A stretch of 63,976 bases of DNA, filler included, from Lenisia limosa (Eukaryota; Protista; Breviatea): the NCBI GenBank assembly GCA_001655205.1. It is 17 parts of 17 records of this genome, joined end to end, with 100 filler letters (N's around TTAATTAATTAA, not from the genome) between each part and the next. Parts side by side here need not be neighbours in the genome. Positions count along the whole stretch, not along the records: positions 31,356 to 41,346 come from LPNZ01001155.1; positions 41,447 to 46,141 come from LPNZ01010886.1; positions 46,242 to 48,715 come from LPNZ01005773.1; positions 48,816 to 60,858 come from LPNZ01007512.1; 13 more parts are not named here. The stretch is one strand, 5' to 3'. Under the pieces are notes generated by a model. It worked only from the letters and a program-made list of their open reading frames with translations, was not told the DNA's origin and made no database searches. Shown here piece by piece: positions 39,081 to 56,171 of this stretch (positions are counted from its first letter, which is position 1; each line of letters opens with the position of its first letter). Position numbers and translations under genes: made by a program.

Positions 39081-39688
39081 GGTGAGTGGTATATTATGTA
39101 AAATTTTTTTTTAAAAAAAAACCTATCTAAAACAAGTACCAAATTCTACCTGTAACTCATGTTCAGTCTGTTGCCACACAATAATTTTACAGTCTTGAAT
39201 CATGGGATAGAAAAAAAACAATCAACTGCAATCACACCCTGATTATTTGTTTTTACGAATATAGGAAGGAGTTGTACAAATTATTTATGGTAGATGTTGG
39301 AAAATGCAATGGTGTTGTTCGAAATTGGAGGCCAAATATCTCAGGTTTAAAACAAAATGTTGTCCATGACACATTCTCCCCGAGAAATAGTTGAAACAGC
39401 ACAGTGGTTTTTTTGGAAATGGTGAGGTGAACAATCAATCGAATAGACAATTACACAAACAATACCTAGAGAGCTTCATTAACCTCTTGAGAATTTCCAT
39501 CCCACTTTACCGTTATAAATTAATCCCTGTTCTTTGGTTTACAATCAATTCTGTTAGGTTGATACAAAGTAGTTAGGTTGAATAACGTTGAGCGCGCTGA
39601 TGACCCATGGTGGCCGAAGCCAGTGCGAATTCCGAACAAGTTTACATGGTATTGTACTGATACGATACTGGGGCGTGCACGACTAAGC

Positions 39689-41030
39689 TTAGTACGGGCC
39701 GGGGCGAGGTCCTCCAGGGGGCCCTGGAAATCATTAATCAAACCAAGGGAGGCAGGCCAAGGTACTCTTCGAGCTTGGGTTAACTTGTTGAGATTTAGAA
39801 TGGTGAAGTATCTGGAGGACTAGTGACAATAGCACCCTGGTCTTTTCTGTTTTATGAGGCAAGAGAAATAGTTTCACCAGGCCTAAGGGTGTCACTTCAG
39901 TCCGAAAAAAGACCGATTTCAAAGAATCCCTTTTAGAAAACCGGTCTTTTAACGTACTGAAATGAAGCCCTTACCATTTACCATCTCTGACACGACAGTT
40001 TATTGAGGTAATATAAGTTTTGCGGTAAAAAAGTTCGGAATAGCGAATGGTGGGTCAACAGCAATATCTCAGGCAAATGGTTGAAACGAGAACGATAGAG
40101 TTGTGGTTGTTGGTTGAAACGCTACACGTATCGATGTGTCATTATGTAGCTACCGCAAAAGAATCAGATTATATAACTTGACTACTTTAATAAAACTAAT
40201 ATAACGTTAGCCTAATGCTGTCACCCCCCCCCCCCAAANNNNNNNNNNNNNNNNNNNNNNNNNNNNNNNNNNNNNNNNNNNNNNNNNNNNNNNNNNNNNN
40301 NNNNNNNNNNNGGATAACCAAACATCAACAGAGCAAACCAAAACCAATGAGTTATTCGTCCACTATTTGAAATGCTACTTGATGCTAAATGCCAGAACGC
40401 AACAAGAGCTAATTCATGAATTGACTCAGAAAATCGACATAATTCTCTTACTAATTGCAATCGAATTCACGAAAGCTGATCTACGGTTCGAGGTGCGTGG
40501 TTGACTAGAAAGGTTGGCAACAGTGACTACTTTTATTCCAATTGCAGTGCCCATCGACAAATCAAAATCCGTTCTGTCTCAGTGCGGCTTGTCATAATAC
40601 TACGTAATCCTTCTTCGCTGCATGTCGTGTGTCTGTGGAGGGGGAGGGGGGGGTATATACATTCGCAGACATCCGTGTTCTTCCAAAGAAAAAAAAATTA
40701 AATATCTTTAAAAACTAAGTAATTATCTTGAGCAGGTTCTAAAGAGTACAGGAGCTGTTTATCCGGACAACTTTAAACTTGTGAGCAATTACCAAAAACA
40801 AAAACCACTCCGAATCTTGTGGAGTAACACACACGTCTTGTAAACATTCTTCATATATTAAGAAACTTAGTGATTGTTCGCTTAAACATGCTATTCATTG
40901 CTTTAGTCTATCCCTGACAGTTCTATCAAGATTACAATACTCAAATAGTGTGAAGAGGTGAAATGGAAGGAGAATCATGGATGACCGCGTCATCCAATAC
41001 GGGGGGGAGCTTCCGAAAACGGTTACCCCG
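39689..41030 (-). CDS. Possible 3' part of an unknown gene convergent with IFRD
   Basis: Terminal exons ..SSRYFTILNLNKLTQARRVPWPASL|GPPGGPRPGPY*; the upstream exons are uncertain. Confidence 0.33.
39886..39971. mobile_element. MITE family B copy
   Basis: agggtgtcacttcagtccg...gtactgaaatgaagccct. Confidence 0.75.
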
Positions 41031-41446
41031 CTGTTTAGTACCGCGTGAGCTGACTCGCTCAGTAGGAAGAAGATGGAATATGCCTCGGATTCAAAAAAAC
41101 CAAGTAGAAAAGCCAACGGTGTTATGGAGAGGGTGTCCCAGGCTCAGCAAAAACTAAAATACGCCAAAACGATATCTAATTAAATATGGATACCAGGAGC
41201 TCACTAAAGCTATCATCGTCTGGGAAAAACTGTTACATTCTTGAACTTTTGGAATTCACATGATCGCAAAACATAACAACCAACAAAAAGCACAGCAACA
41301 ACACACAACAAAAGCACAAAGCAGCAAATATAGTTCCCACATGTTTNNNNNNNNNNNNNNNNNNNNNNNNNNNNNNNNNNNNNNNNNNNNTTAATTAATT
41401 AANNNNNNNNNNNNNNNNNNNNNNNNNNNNNNNNNNNNNNNNNNNN

Positions 41447-44400
41447 CCAACAAGGCGTGGTCTCCACCATCATCTGGTTGTAGAGCTGAATGTACTGCAG
41501 ACGGTCTTGCCGTCTCTTTACTATAGAATCCCACTTGTACGCCGAGCGTCTATGAGATGGTAAGTGGGGCTTCACTTTGGTTTTAAAAAAGTCTTTTTCT
41601 GATCATATAGTAATAATAATAGACCCATTATACGTTTACACTCCATCATATCTAGGGATTCACTTCGGTGAAAATATAATGAATGTCTCGATATGTCCTC
41701 GATATTTATACCCCCTTACACACACACCTAGATTTGATAAACCTTGGATTCCCTACGGTCCCAAAAAAAAAGACTGATTATCTCGATAAATTCTCAATAA
41801 ATTCTCGATAAATATCGCTAATTGACCGGTCCTTTTTCGGACCGCAACCAAGATAAACTTGATCGTTTTCATGACCCCCCAATTACAACTTATATGAGAA
41901 GCATATACACAATGACTCTCCCCACCCCCCCACCTGGATTTGATTGTTCTGATCGTTTGCTCAATTGCGTGCCCCCACCATCTCCGAGGGTTCATTTTGA
42001 TAGATACAGCTGGACGCGTGTCTAGATACTGCGGGGTGAAACGGTTTACGCTACACAACCCCTTATTACACTGACATAATCAGTTTTACCCCCTTCTTAC
42101 CTTAGCTCGTTTATGGGTCACAATCAAGCTCGATGTCAAGTTGTCAACACTCGTTACCGCACGAGATGATACACCAGCTTCCAGAGCCCCACAGTTGATT
42201 GTGATGTCCTGGAGGGGGGGGGGGGATAAAGGGAATTTTCTTACAGTGNNNNNNNNNNNNNNNNNNNNNNNNNNNNNNNNNNNNNNNNNNNNNNNNNNNN
42301 NNNNNNNNNNNNNNNNNNNNNNNNNNNNNNNNCATAATCAACAACGAAACAAATACTATTACAGTATATCTCTCAAAAACAAAAGAAAAAATACTATTCC
42401 ATTCTTTCGCATCCAAATCATCCCAAACTAATCATCCCTCCCCTCCCTCTCACCTGCAGGCAAATTCCCTTGGCAGTCGCGTCTCTTTCTCGATATTGAA
42501 CCACCTGCGGCGGTCAGACTCACAGTATACTCATATACATATTGCATACATACTATCTGATATATATTATACATCCATATATACAGTGACCTGGATAAGT
42601 CTTGTCCAATATACCTTGGAAATTCACATAGCAAATAGGTCAAGACTTATCCTGGTCACTGATTAGCTATATGAAATATATATATGATATATACATATGA
42701 TATATATATCGATATATATATACAGCTCCCCTTATGCTCCCCTCAGACCTTGGCTTCGGCTGAGAAGGGGCGGAGAATGGGGGCAAAGGTACATTGATCA
42801 ATCTGTGGAAATAAGGATGGTGATATATGATATACATAGCAATGATAAATAAAGAAAATAAGGTAGTATTTGGCCGAAGCTAAATAAGGTCTGGAAATAA
42901 GAGTGGTAATATCTAGAAATAAGGAGTGGAAATAAGATCTAAATGCATAAAATCCTGCCATACCAATTTGATGATACATATTCTGTAAATCCCATAATCC
43001 TCTGAAAATCCACTCCAAGAGATAATATCCAGGGCACCTGGCAATTAATTGCGATTATTGGCAATAATTGTATTTTTGAAGCAATTCATGGAAATCATTT
43101 GCTCCTTGCTATAAATTGCAAGGAGACCTAATAATACCCCAACTTCATGCTGCATATTCTGGAAATCCTATAATACCAGGAGATAATATCCCAACCCACT
43201 TCATGCTGCATTTCAGAGCAGAACTCCTCCCGAGGGCAATTGGCGAAGCTTTGGCCCAGGTCGTCGAAATAGAGGGAGAGTCCTTCGATTCGGAAATCCT
43301 GGGAGGATTTTGATGAAAAAAGTAAAATTGAACAATTTATGCAACCAAAAAGCCCACAAACACCAGATCATAAATACGTATCATATCATATAAAAACACA
43401 CCGCCCACCTTATACTGCAGCCCCTTCTTGTTGGAAAATGCGGGCGTCCAATCTGGGGTGCACGATACTGCCGTTACTGACCGCACAAAGGCCCCGGCAC
43501 AGAATGGCTGCGGGGAGTAAAGGGAGATTTGCGCCCAACAAAGGGCTAAAATGTACTGTATTTGATTTGAAAACGAAAGAGAGAAACAAAACCCTAGTTA
43601 TCTGCGATGAAGGGGTATTATGGTACAGAATGGTTGGGGGGGGGGGGGGNNNNNNNNNNNNNNNNNNNNNNNNNNNNNNNNNNNNNNNNNNNNNNNNNNN
43701 NNNNNNNNNNNNNNNNNNNNNNNNNNNNNNNNNNNNNNNNNNNNNNNNNNNNNNNNNNNNNNNNNNNNNNNNNNNNNNNNNNNNNNNNNNNNNNNNNNNN
43801 NNNNNNNNNNNNNNCAATTGGTTATTGGTTTACACAGGGGGTATATTACCCTTTTTCATCATTACACCCCCCACGAGAGTGGATGATACGTCATCTTCAA
43901 GTCGAATGTGCACATTCGTGACATTAAGCTGAAAAGTGAAGAAATAGGTAAATTAGGGCTAATACACATGTATATATGTGCACATTCGTGACACTGGCTG
44001 AAAAGAGACGAAATACTCAATTTATGTGTTTGTGTGACATAAAGTTGAAAAGTAAAACAATCAAAATTTGGGGTGAAGGTTGCATTTGTGATATTGAGCT
44101 GGGATGGCGACCACGGCTAAAGTGTGTGAATAGACTAATTAGGGATGATTATTGTGAAGAAGGAATAGGAATAAAATCATGTCAAAAGAGCCAATTGAAC
44201 TGTGCGAATACTTGTAAATTGTTCATCCCCCCCTCCCACCTGCAAATTGTTCAGGATTGCAGCTAGCAATTTGGCTGTGTAACCGTCGTCGTCCTCTTTT
44301 TGCGACTTATGAGCCCGATTTTCGCGTTGTTGCGTACNNNNNNNNNNNNNNNNNNNNNNNNNNNNNNNNNNNNNNNNNNNNNNNNNNNNNNNNNNNNNNN

Positions 44401-45932
44401 NNNNNNNNNNNNNNNNNNNNNNNNNNNNNNNNNNNCTGTTGGCTAGCATTTGGGAACCATCCAAGGGTTAAAAACAACAAAACAAACAAAGACCAAAGAA
44501 GGGGGTGGGGGTGCAAGTAAATCGATAAGTATGGGCTTCAATATTTTCAAGTTTAAACCCCTTCCCTTACCTCAATATTCTCAAGCTTCAGCTTTTTCCT
44601 CTGCCACTCCCGTAACTCTATTGCTTCAGCAGAGTACTGAGAGGTCATATGATGATTATTAAGGGTGACAATAAAGGAGCATAATTTGGGCTTCAGTTCG
44701 GTTCGAAAAAAGACTCGATTTCTCGATAAATCCTCGAATTTTATCGATATTTTGCCGGCATTGTTCGAGCCGAAGTGAAACCCTGTATAAAAAAAATTAT
44801 GTAAGAGGGCCATCGTCATATAGTATAAAAGCTTTTTTGGCTAGGTAGGGTAGTCAGAAGGCAACATCATCAAATGTATATATAGAGGGGTAGGGTGGGA
44901 GGGTCCGAGAGCAATTGTACTGTAAAACAATTTCCGTATTTTTCGGTATTACACTGATATGACCGAATGAAGTTGTCAGTGAACCTCTGGCTGTTGACGA
45001 AGCCGCGTTGAACATCTGTCACGCAGATAACTCAGCTCTTCTAACGATATATTTTGCTCATACTTTTTGGAAAATTTCAATACTGTTTTTCATAAAACGT
45101 ATATATGAGGGTNNNNNNNNNNNNNNNNNNNNNNNNNNNNNNNNNNNNNNNNNNNNNNNNNNNNNNNNNNNNNNNNNNNNNNNNNNNNNNNNNNNNNNNN
45201 NNNNNNNNNNNNNNNNNNNNNNNNNNNNNNNNNNNNNNNNNNNNNNNNNNNNNNNNNAGAACTAAAAAAAGGCTGTATCTCATCATGATTTGAATCGATA
45301 TTGAATTATAGTATAAAAATTAATTCACACAACCATGTGCCTTACAACTCTGTGCACACACCTTCCTGTTTACCTCCGTAGTAATACTGGTAATGGATAA
45401 TTAAAGGTTAATAGTTTTAACGTTGATTGCTAGTGTTTGTTTGTTTGTTTGTTATTGCTTTTTTTGTGTTTGTTGTTTGGAGCAGATTATTCGGTTCGTG
45501 ATTAGTACATTTACGCCAATATTCTTCATCGNNNNNNNNNNNNNNNNNNNNNNNNNNNNNNNNNNNNNNNNNNNNNNNNNNNNNNNNNNNNNNNNNNNNN
45601 NNNNNNNNNNNNNNNNNNNNNNNNNNNNNNNNNNNNNNNNNNNNNNNNNNNNNNNNNNNNNNNNNNNNNNNNNNNNNNNNNNNNNNNNNNAAAAAATCAA
45701 CTCTGTTGGCGAAATCGCAAACTCCCGATAAATAAAGGATTATTAAAAGTCATAAAGGTCCACCCCCTCGCCCTTCACCCCAATTAAATATCGATATTTA
45801 TATCGATACTTTTTGGTCATTTAGCCGAAGATTAAGCCCGTTACCGCCTACCCTGGGATATTTCGAGATGATAGCCTTGGTCCAAAAGACAATCCGGGCG
45901 AACTTTCAGATCTTGGAGCTTGACATCCCCTG
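41447..45932 (-). CDS. VPS13: VPS13 family lipid-transfer protein, N-terminal (Chorein_N) region, partial
   Basis: GDVKLQDLKVRPD; YTAKLLAAILNNLQ|LNVTNVHIRLEDD; PFCAGAFVRSVTAVSCTPDW; DFRIEGLSLYFDD; ILRPFSAEAK; YKWDSIVKRRQDRLQYIQLY. Confidence 0.87.
42584..42661. mobile_element. MITE family G, best copy (78 bp, ~27-bp TIR)
   Basis: TA|CAGTGACCTGGATAAGTCTTGTCCAAT ... ATAGGTCAAGACTTATCCTGGTCACTG. Confidence 0.85.
43299..43368 (-). mobile_element. Degenerate family A end near VPS13 acceptor
   Basis: tttgtgggctttttggttgcataaattgttcaattttactttt...cctcccAG|gatttc. Confidence 0.62.
43508..43560 (-). mobile_element. Highly degenerate family A end at VPS13 acceptor
   Basis: ttttagccctttgttgggcgcaaatctccctttactccccgcAG|ccattc. 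Confidence 0.45.
44688..44784. mobile_element. MITE family B copy
   Basis: gggcttcagttcggttcg...cgagccgaagtgaaaccct. Confidence 0.82.
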
Positions 45933-45985
45933 GAACAAATAAATCGATAGAGAAAAAAAACGCCTCTCATTTTTGGACGTATCGG

Positions 45986-46049
45986 TATAAGCCTTGACCA
46001 ATTTTGGAAAATCACGGACCAAATCGATCAAGACTATTCCAGGTCACTG
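45986..46049. mobile_element. MITE family G copy (left end eroded)
   Basis: ataagccttgaccaatt...aaatcgatcaagactattccaggtcactg. Confidence 0.65.
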
Positions 46050-46395
46050 CATTTCATATAATATAAATATATCATATGACACTATCATCATCATCACCCC
46101 CACATACACATATACATATACCAAAAATATATATATATGTANNNNNNNNNNNNNNNNNNNNNNNNNNNNNNNNNNNNNNNNNNNNTTAATTAATTAANNN
46201 NNNNNNNNNNNNNNNNNNNNNNNNNNNNNNNNNNNNNNNNNGATACAACCTTATTTTCTTTCTCATCTCTATATGATATAGGATATATTACAAGTATATT
46301 ATACCCTCAGCACAAGGAAAAAAGTACATGTACAAAGTCTGGCATACCTTGAAATTGAAGCGCTCTCTGTTGACCTCCTGGGCCCTCTGCATATA

Positions 46396-48715
46396 CTATG
46401 GCAACCGGCGGATATGCGGGATCAGATCCTCAACGTTGATCTTATCCTGGGCAATAAGAGGAAAACGAATGTATTAAGAAGAGATACAAGTAAAGACAAA
46501 ATGGATCAGGATGCTGAGGGAAGGAGAACAAAAACAGTCCAGCACTCCCACCAATGCACACAGCAGTTTTATGAATACATCACCAAATAGTACCCCACCC
46601 CCAACCCTTGACCTCGGGTCGTCGCCACGGCAGTTCCACACTCCAGCAGGTAATCGGTCCAAATGGCTTGGCGCCTGCGTTATTGTGCGCTGGGAAGGGG
46701 GGGGGGGGTAAATTGGAAAATTTATGGAGCAAAAAAATAAAGCTCAAATCAACTCTGTTGGCTGACAACACACAAGTCGCTTGCAGCACCGCNNNNNNNN
46801 NNNNNNNNNNNNNNNNNNNNNNNNNNNNNNNNNNNNNNNNNNNNNNNNNNNNNNNNNNNNNNNNNNNNNNNNNNNNNNNNNNNNNNNNNNTAAAGATGTT
46901 GATTAGCACTCTTAAAGAGAAATGCGAAATAGAGAAAAGAAAACGACAGGAACTGTCCCTACATCTTTCTCCATTCGGGGCATGCAGTAAACGCTCTTAA
47001 AGGAGACTTCGTCAATCGTCCATCGACCAAGAATATACGACACCGTCACGGGGCGAATCTGGCCTGAGAGGTGACTGCAAGGGGGAAGGGGGCAATTTCG
47101 TGAAACAAATCTGAATTGTTTTTTTTCAAGTGGGGTGGTTGGGTTTCCATATCAAAAAGGAGCAAAAATGGGTAAGATAGCAATGTAATCAAGGGAAGCT
47201 ACTGGGGCCTGAAGTGAAAGAAACACAGCATAAAACGGAGTAGAAGTTCCACCCCTGCAAACCAATTCGATACACACGATCCATAGCCTGCTTGTCAAAT
47301 GCCATGTTTTCTTGCGATTCCACTACAATGTCAAGGGATGATTACTTGTAAAGCTTCACTCCAGGACGAAAAAGATCGGTAAATTATCGAAATATGTCGA
47401 TGATTTATCGAGAAACTCGTTCATTTTCTGGAGCAAAAATAAAACTCAAGCAACAGAGTACGATAAGTCGATCTCCCTTTGCTCGAGCAGCTATGAATGT
47501 TGAAAAATTTCTTCCCATGCCACCTTCTTTCGCGACTCCTACAAAAGCTACAGCCACCCCTCCACCCCCAAACAAAATTCCCCAGAACCTGTGAAGAGAA
47601 CCTTGTTTGTCAGTCCCTCTACTCCCTCTGTTCAACAACCCCCAAGTCAGCCAGCAGCCGCAAAGCAGTGACGCGCGACACGATGTTAGCATTAATCAAC
47701 AAGCCGCTGAACAAAACAGATATTTCGATTAATATGAACGAAACTTATCGCACCGCATATTGAAACCGGCGAAAGTGACTGCCTCTGCTGCGGCCGGTAT
47801 GTATAGAATCATATTTTGGCATATAGAAGTGGTAAATCTTTTGTTTTATCCTGATATTTTTTGTTATTAAGGTTAATGGGGATATTGACATCCAAATTTC
47901 TGATACCCCCAACCTTGCCAAAGACAAGACAGACTTTGTTACCTTTTTCCACGTTGACACTTCCGGCAATTGATTCGCCTTTAATGTTCCGATACTGCGG
48001 GGTCAGAAGGCGGGACTGACATAAGCTATCCTTGCATAGGATGTACTGTAATGTACATATGTAAATGAGGTGTTGATAGTATATTGGTAGGGCAATGTGA
48101 CCCATGGTGGTGGAAATTAAGATTGCCGTAAATGATAGGAGGAATAGTGGGGTCGAGATTGCCGTAAATGATAGGACGAGATTGCCGTAAATGATAGGAC
48201 GAGATTGCCGTAAATGATAGGACGAATAGGGCGTCGAGGTAGGAAAGTACTACTTAGATTACATTGTAATTGTGTTCCATCTTGTACCACATATCCTCAT
48301 TCCAGCTCACTTGACAAAGGTCACTCACTAGATTGGACCTGAAGGAGTCAGTGCATGAAAGATTTTTTATCGCCGTTCTAACTTGTAAATCTACATGTAT
48401 GTATCTATTACTTTTCAAAAAGAAAGAGGAGGTTAGACTGAAGAGGAAACAACCTGAATAAGATGGTTGAGAGACAAGAGCTATTGATACAAAATAACTA
48501 CATTAACTCTCAGAGAAAAGAGGACTAATAGCGGATATTACCTAGGACCATTATGTCTCATAAACGAGCTAGATTTACTCCTACTTACCCCCCACCAGTT
48601 TGGCGTCAGTAATATCAGCCGAGGGAAGTTGGGAGGCAACTGCGGTATCAAGCCACCAGGGCATATCCGACTGCTGGCGGGAGCGGAGATGTTGTGTATC
48701 TCCTTAAGTGCGACG
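46396..48715 (-). CDS. SNF2-family helicase-like C-terminal region, divergent, partial
   Basis: AFDKQAMDRVYRIG|QIRPVTVSYILGRWTIDE resembles the SNF2 QAxDRxxRIGQxxxVxVYRL...TIEE motif. KGNKVCLVF resembles G.KVLIFSQ. Confidence 0.6.
46690..46792 (-). mobile_element. Family A repeat ending at acceptor
   Basis: gcggtgctgcaagcgacttgtgtgttgtcagccaacagagttgattt...ccaatttac(c)n ttcccAG|cgcac. Confidence 0.83.
48120..48224. repeat. Intronic tandem repeat, 23-bp unit AGATTGCCGTAAATGATAGGACG, 4 copies
   Basis: Three contiguous perfect copies plus one separated by a short G-rich insert. Confidence 0.92.
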
Positions 48716-48814
48716 NNNNNNNNNNNNNNNNNNNNNNNNNNNNNNNNNNNNNNNNNNNNTTAATTAATTAANNNNNNNNNNNNNNNNNNNNNNNNNNNNN
48801 NNNNNNNNNNNNNN

Positions 48815-51308
48815 NCCCCCGCCTCCACCCCCCAGGTAAGGCGCTTTTTTATTTGTTTGGAAACTTACCTTTTGTTTCCTACGTTAGTCTTGAGCTAGAG
48901 CTTTGATTGCATAATCCTACTTATATTGTGTTAACTTTCGCGATAAATATTGGTATTCACGGTCCTTACGAATCAGATCACTCCCCAACCAGCCCAACAA
49001 GTCCAGCAGCAGCAGCAGCAACAGGTTTGTTCCCCTGAGGGTTTGGTCCTTTTCGTGTTTGTTCTTTGCTTATTTTTTAAAAAAAAAATAATAAAAAAAA
49101 CATTATTAATACAAATGGACAAAACACTCACGTGATAGATGATGCAACAACAACAGCAGCATCAAATGCAACAACAGCAACAGCAGCAGGTTTGTCTACA
49201 TAAGCAAGCCAAATATGTTTCTTTACATATCATATGATATACATATTTCGAGTTCCTCCATGCAAACAGGTGTAGAACAACGACGATCAGATGGCAACTA
49301 CCCTGCCTGATGATGACGGAAGACAACGCTCGCTCTCAATGGCGCAGAGCCCGGACTGGGAAATCGAATTCAGTGAATTGGAGCTCGGCAAGCTGATCGG
49401 AAAGGGAGGGTATGAGGGCATCTTTGCGAACATGTTTCCCTGGTTTTTGATGCTGCCTTTTGTATTTTCTGGCCTGTAATTCTCTACCTTTCATTCGCCT
49501 CGGCCTTTCCATTTTTCTGGGGGGCAATACAATACTCCCTTGGATATTCTACCAGTGTTTTTTTCAACTCCCTGTAATGAACCGAGTTGTGATGACACTG
49601 CAGATACGGAGAGGTGTTCCAGGCCTGGTGGAGAGGTACAGAAGTTGCGGTCAAGAAGCTGCTGGTCCAGAAGATGGAGAAGAAGCACTTGAGAGAGTTC
49701 AGGAACGAGATCAGTCTCATGAGGTTGGCTTAATAGGCATTTTTCATGAGGTTGGCTTATTAAGCCTTCCTCATGAAAAATCAAGAGCACTCGAAAAATA
49801 AATCCTTTGATCATATCTATGAGTAGTCAATATTCAAGTCATTCTATTTCTGTATCTCATAAACCCATTTGTCACCCCCCCCCTCCAGTAAGCTGCGTCA
49901 TCCCAACGTGGTCCTCTTCATGGGCGCTGTGACACAGCAGCCCAACCTCTGCATCGTCACGGAGTTCCTGCAGCGCGGCTCCCTCTTCGCGGTTCTCAGG
50001 GACAGAACCATCAACTACGACTGGAGACTCAGTAGGGGGGGGGNNNNNNNNNNNNNNNNNNNNNNNNNNNNNNNNNNNNNNNNNTGAGCTTAGTCAGCAT
50101 TTCCCTCACTTTTTAGTGGTAAAAATGGCGACGGATGCAGCCAAGGGAATGAACTACTTGCACTGCTCCAAGCCCCCTATTCTCCACAGAGATCTGAAGT
50201 CCCTCAATCTCCTTGTAAGCCCCCCCCCCCCCNNNNNNNNNNNNNNNNNNNNNNNNNNNNNNNNNNNNNNNNNNNNNNNNNNNNNNNNNNNNNNNNNNNN
50301 NNNNNNNNNNNNNNNNNNNNNNNNNNNNNNNTGGCTTTTGTTTTCCTCCTTTCCATTTGGAGTGAAAGCCGTTGTGAACCAGAGCAAAGTTCTCAATCAG
50401 AGGCTTATACTTTAGGTGGACGATAATATGAACGTCAAGGTCTGCGATTTCGGCCTTACCAAGGTCAAGCAGCGCACCTATATGATCACCCGTGTTGGCA
50501 CTCCCCAATGGTTGGCCTTTACCAGTCTCCTTTTCAACGATTTAATTTGCTTAATTATCGAGTTTATTACTGGTAGGATGACTTTTTTGTACTTAAAATT
50601 TTCTGTTTTATTGTGTTTGACAAGTTACCATCCTTCACCCCATCCCCAGGATGTCCCCCGAAGTGCTGCGTAACGAACCGTACAACGAAAAGGCTGACGT
50701 GTTCTCCTACGGCTGTGTGCTATGGGAACTGTACACCCGACAGGACCCTTACAAGGGCATCAATGCTATGGTGGGCTGGACGGATGGGGAACCCTTAACA
50801 TGCAAGTTATTCTTCTTTTTTGTTTGCAGTTTTAAAGGGTACAGCATTCATTTGATACCCGAGCAGCTTGATTCTATTTCCATCCCACTATTTACATAAA
50901 TAAAATTAAGAAATACTTACATATATTTTTGCACGCGTCTCGTCCGACATGCAACTTTCGCTGGATTAACTGGTACAGGAGGTCGGACGACGTGTTGTGA
51001 CTGAGAAGCTGCGTCTGCCCATCCCCCAGCAGTGCCCGCCAATCCTGGCATCTTTGATGCGCCGGTAGGGGAGTAACGAAGATAATTTCTTTCGATGATG
51101 TTGGAACTATTCACCCGTAGTATACCAAACAAAAATATAATAGCCAAACACTCATTTACGGGCACACTGGATAGCATAGGAATAATAATCTGAGTAGCTT
51201 CAGTCAAAGTGTCCCTAGTATAAGCACTAACGGCCTAGATGTTGGGACGAGAAGCCTGACAACCGTCCATCTTTCAGGAAAATCCTCGAGGAGCTGCGTT
51301 CGTTCTAA
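48815..51308 (+). CDS. Raf-like tyrosine-kinase-like (TKL) MAPKKK with polyQ N-terminal region, start missing
   Basis: GKLIGKGG|[19 protein letters not shown]; [14 protein letters not shown]; [12 protein letters not shown]; VCDFGL; GTPQW|[21 protein letters not shown]; [12 protein letters not shown]. Confidence 0.94.
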
Positions 51309-51580
51309 GATTGGGTGTTGTCAAGGGTGTTTTCTTTAATTGATGTTTTTCTTTTTGTAGATCAAATCGGTGTTTTTTCATGCGAGGAAATAGCTATCGA
51401 TCGAATTGACCATTGGTAATTGTTGAGAGAAAAGAAAGCTCCAATTATGCGGAATGTGCTTCCATCGGTTTGGCCTCTGGCGCTGGTATTGTATCAAGCA
51501 CTCAAAATTCAAAATCCACAAACAAATGTTGTCCAACTCTCAGAGCCAGCGACAGGAGAAAAAAACTTGCATCTGGACCA

Positions 51581-55681
<4,101 letters not shown>

Positions 55682-56171
55682 TGTGTTGATCTCAAAAAAA
55701 AAAAGGTGATGCACGTGGTTTCACTCAAAATATCCTATCCTCCTTGATTTAAAGAAAACTTTTATTTAATGGTACACAATTGTTCAAAAGGTTGACACTG
55801 GGTTGTCATGGTTGTGAATTTTTTTCGCTGCTATCTTTATGTGATCTATTGATCTACCGAAACTCTGAGTTTTTTTAGTAAGTTCAAAAATGAGAGTTCA
55901 AACTCAATTCAAACTGCAATCAAGTCAATAATAACAAAATAACGACAACAATAATAAAAAAAATACCCCTCCACACCCTCCCCAATTGGATTAGTAGTTT
56001 TGATCAGTTGTTCAGTGCAGCCAAGTTCAGCCCTTAATTTTCTTTGGTATGTCAATAGCTATATGATCTTCTTGTACTATTATTGAGTCAAAATGGTTCA
56101 TGAATTAACAATTCCACATGTTACCATTTTTATTGACCAGGAAAAATTAGCCTTACCCTCCAAGATTTGGG

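Noticed and set aside
48120-48224. 23-bp direct repeats as a CRISPR array
   Set aside because: Three of four copies are contiguous with no spacers, the context is a eukaryotic intron, and there are no cas genes.
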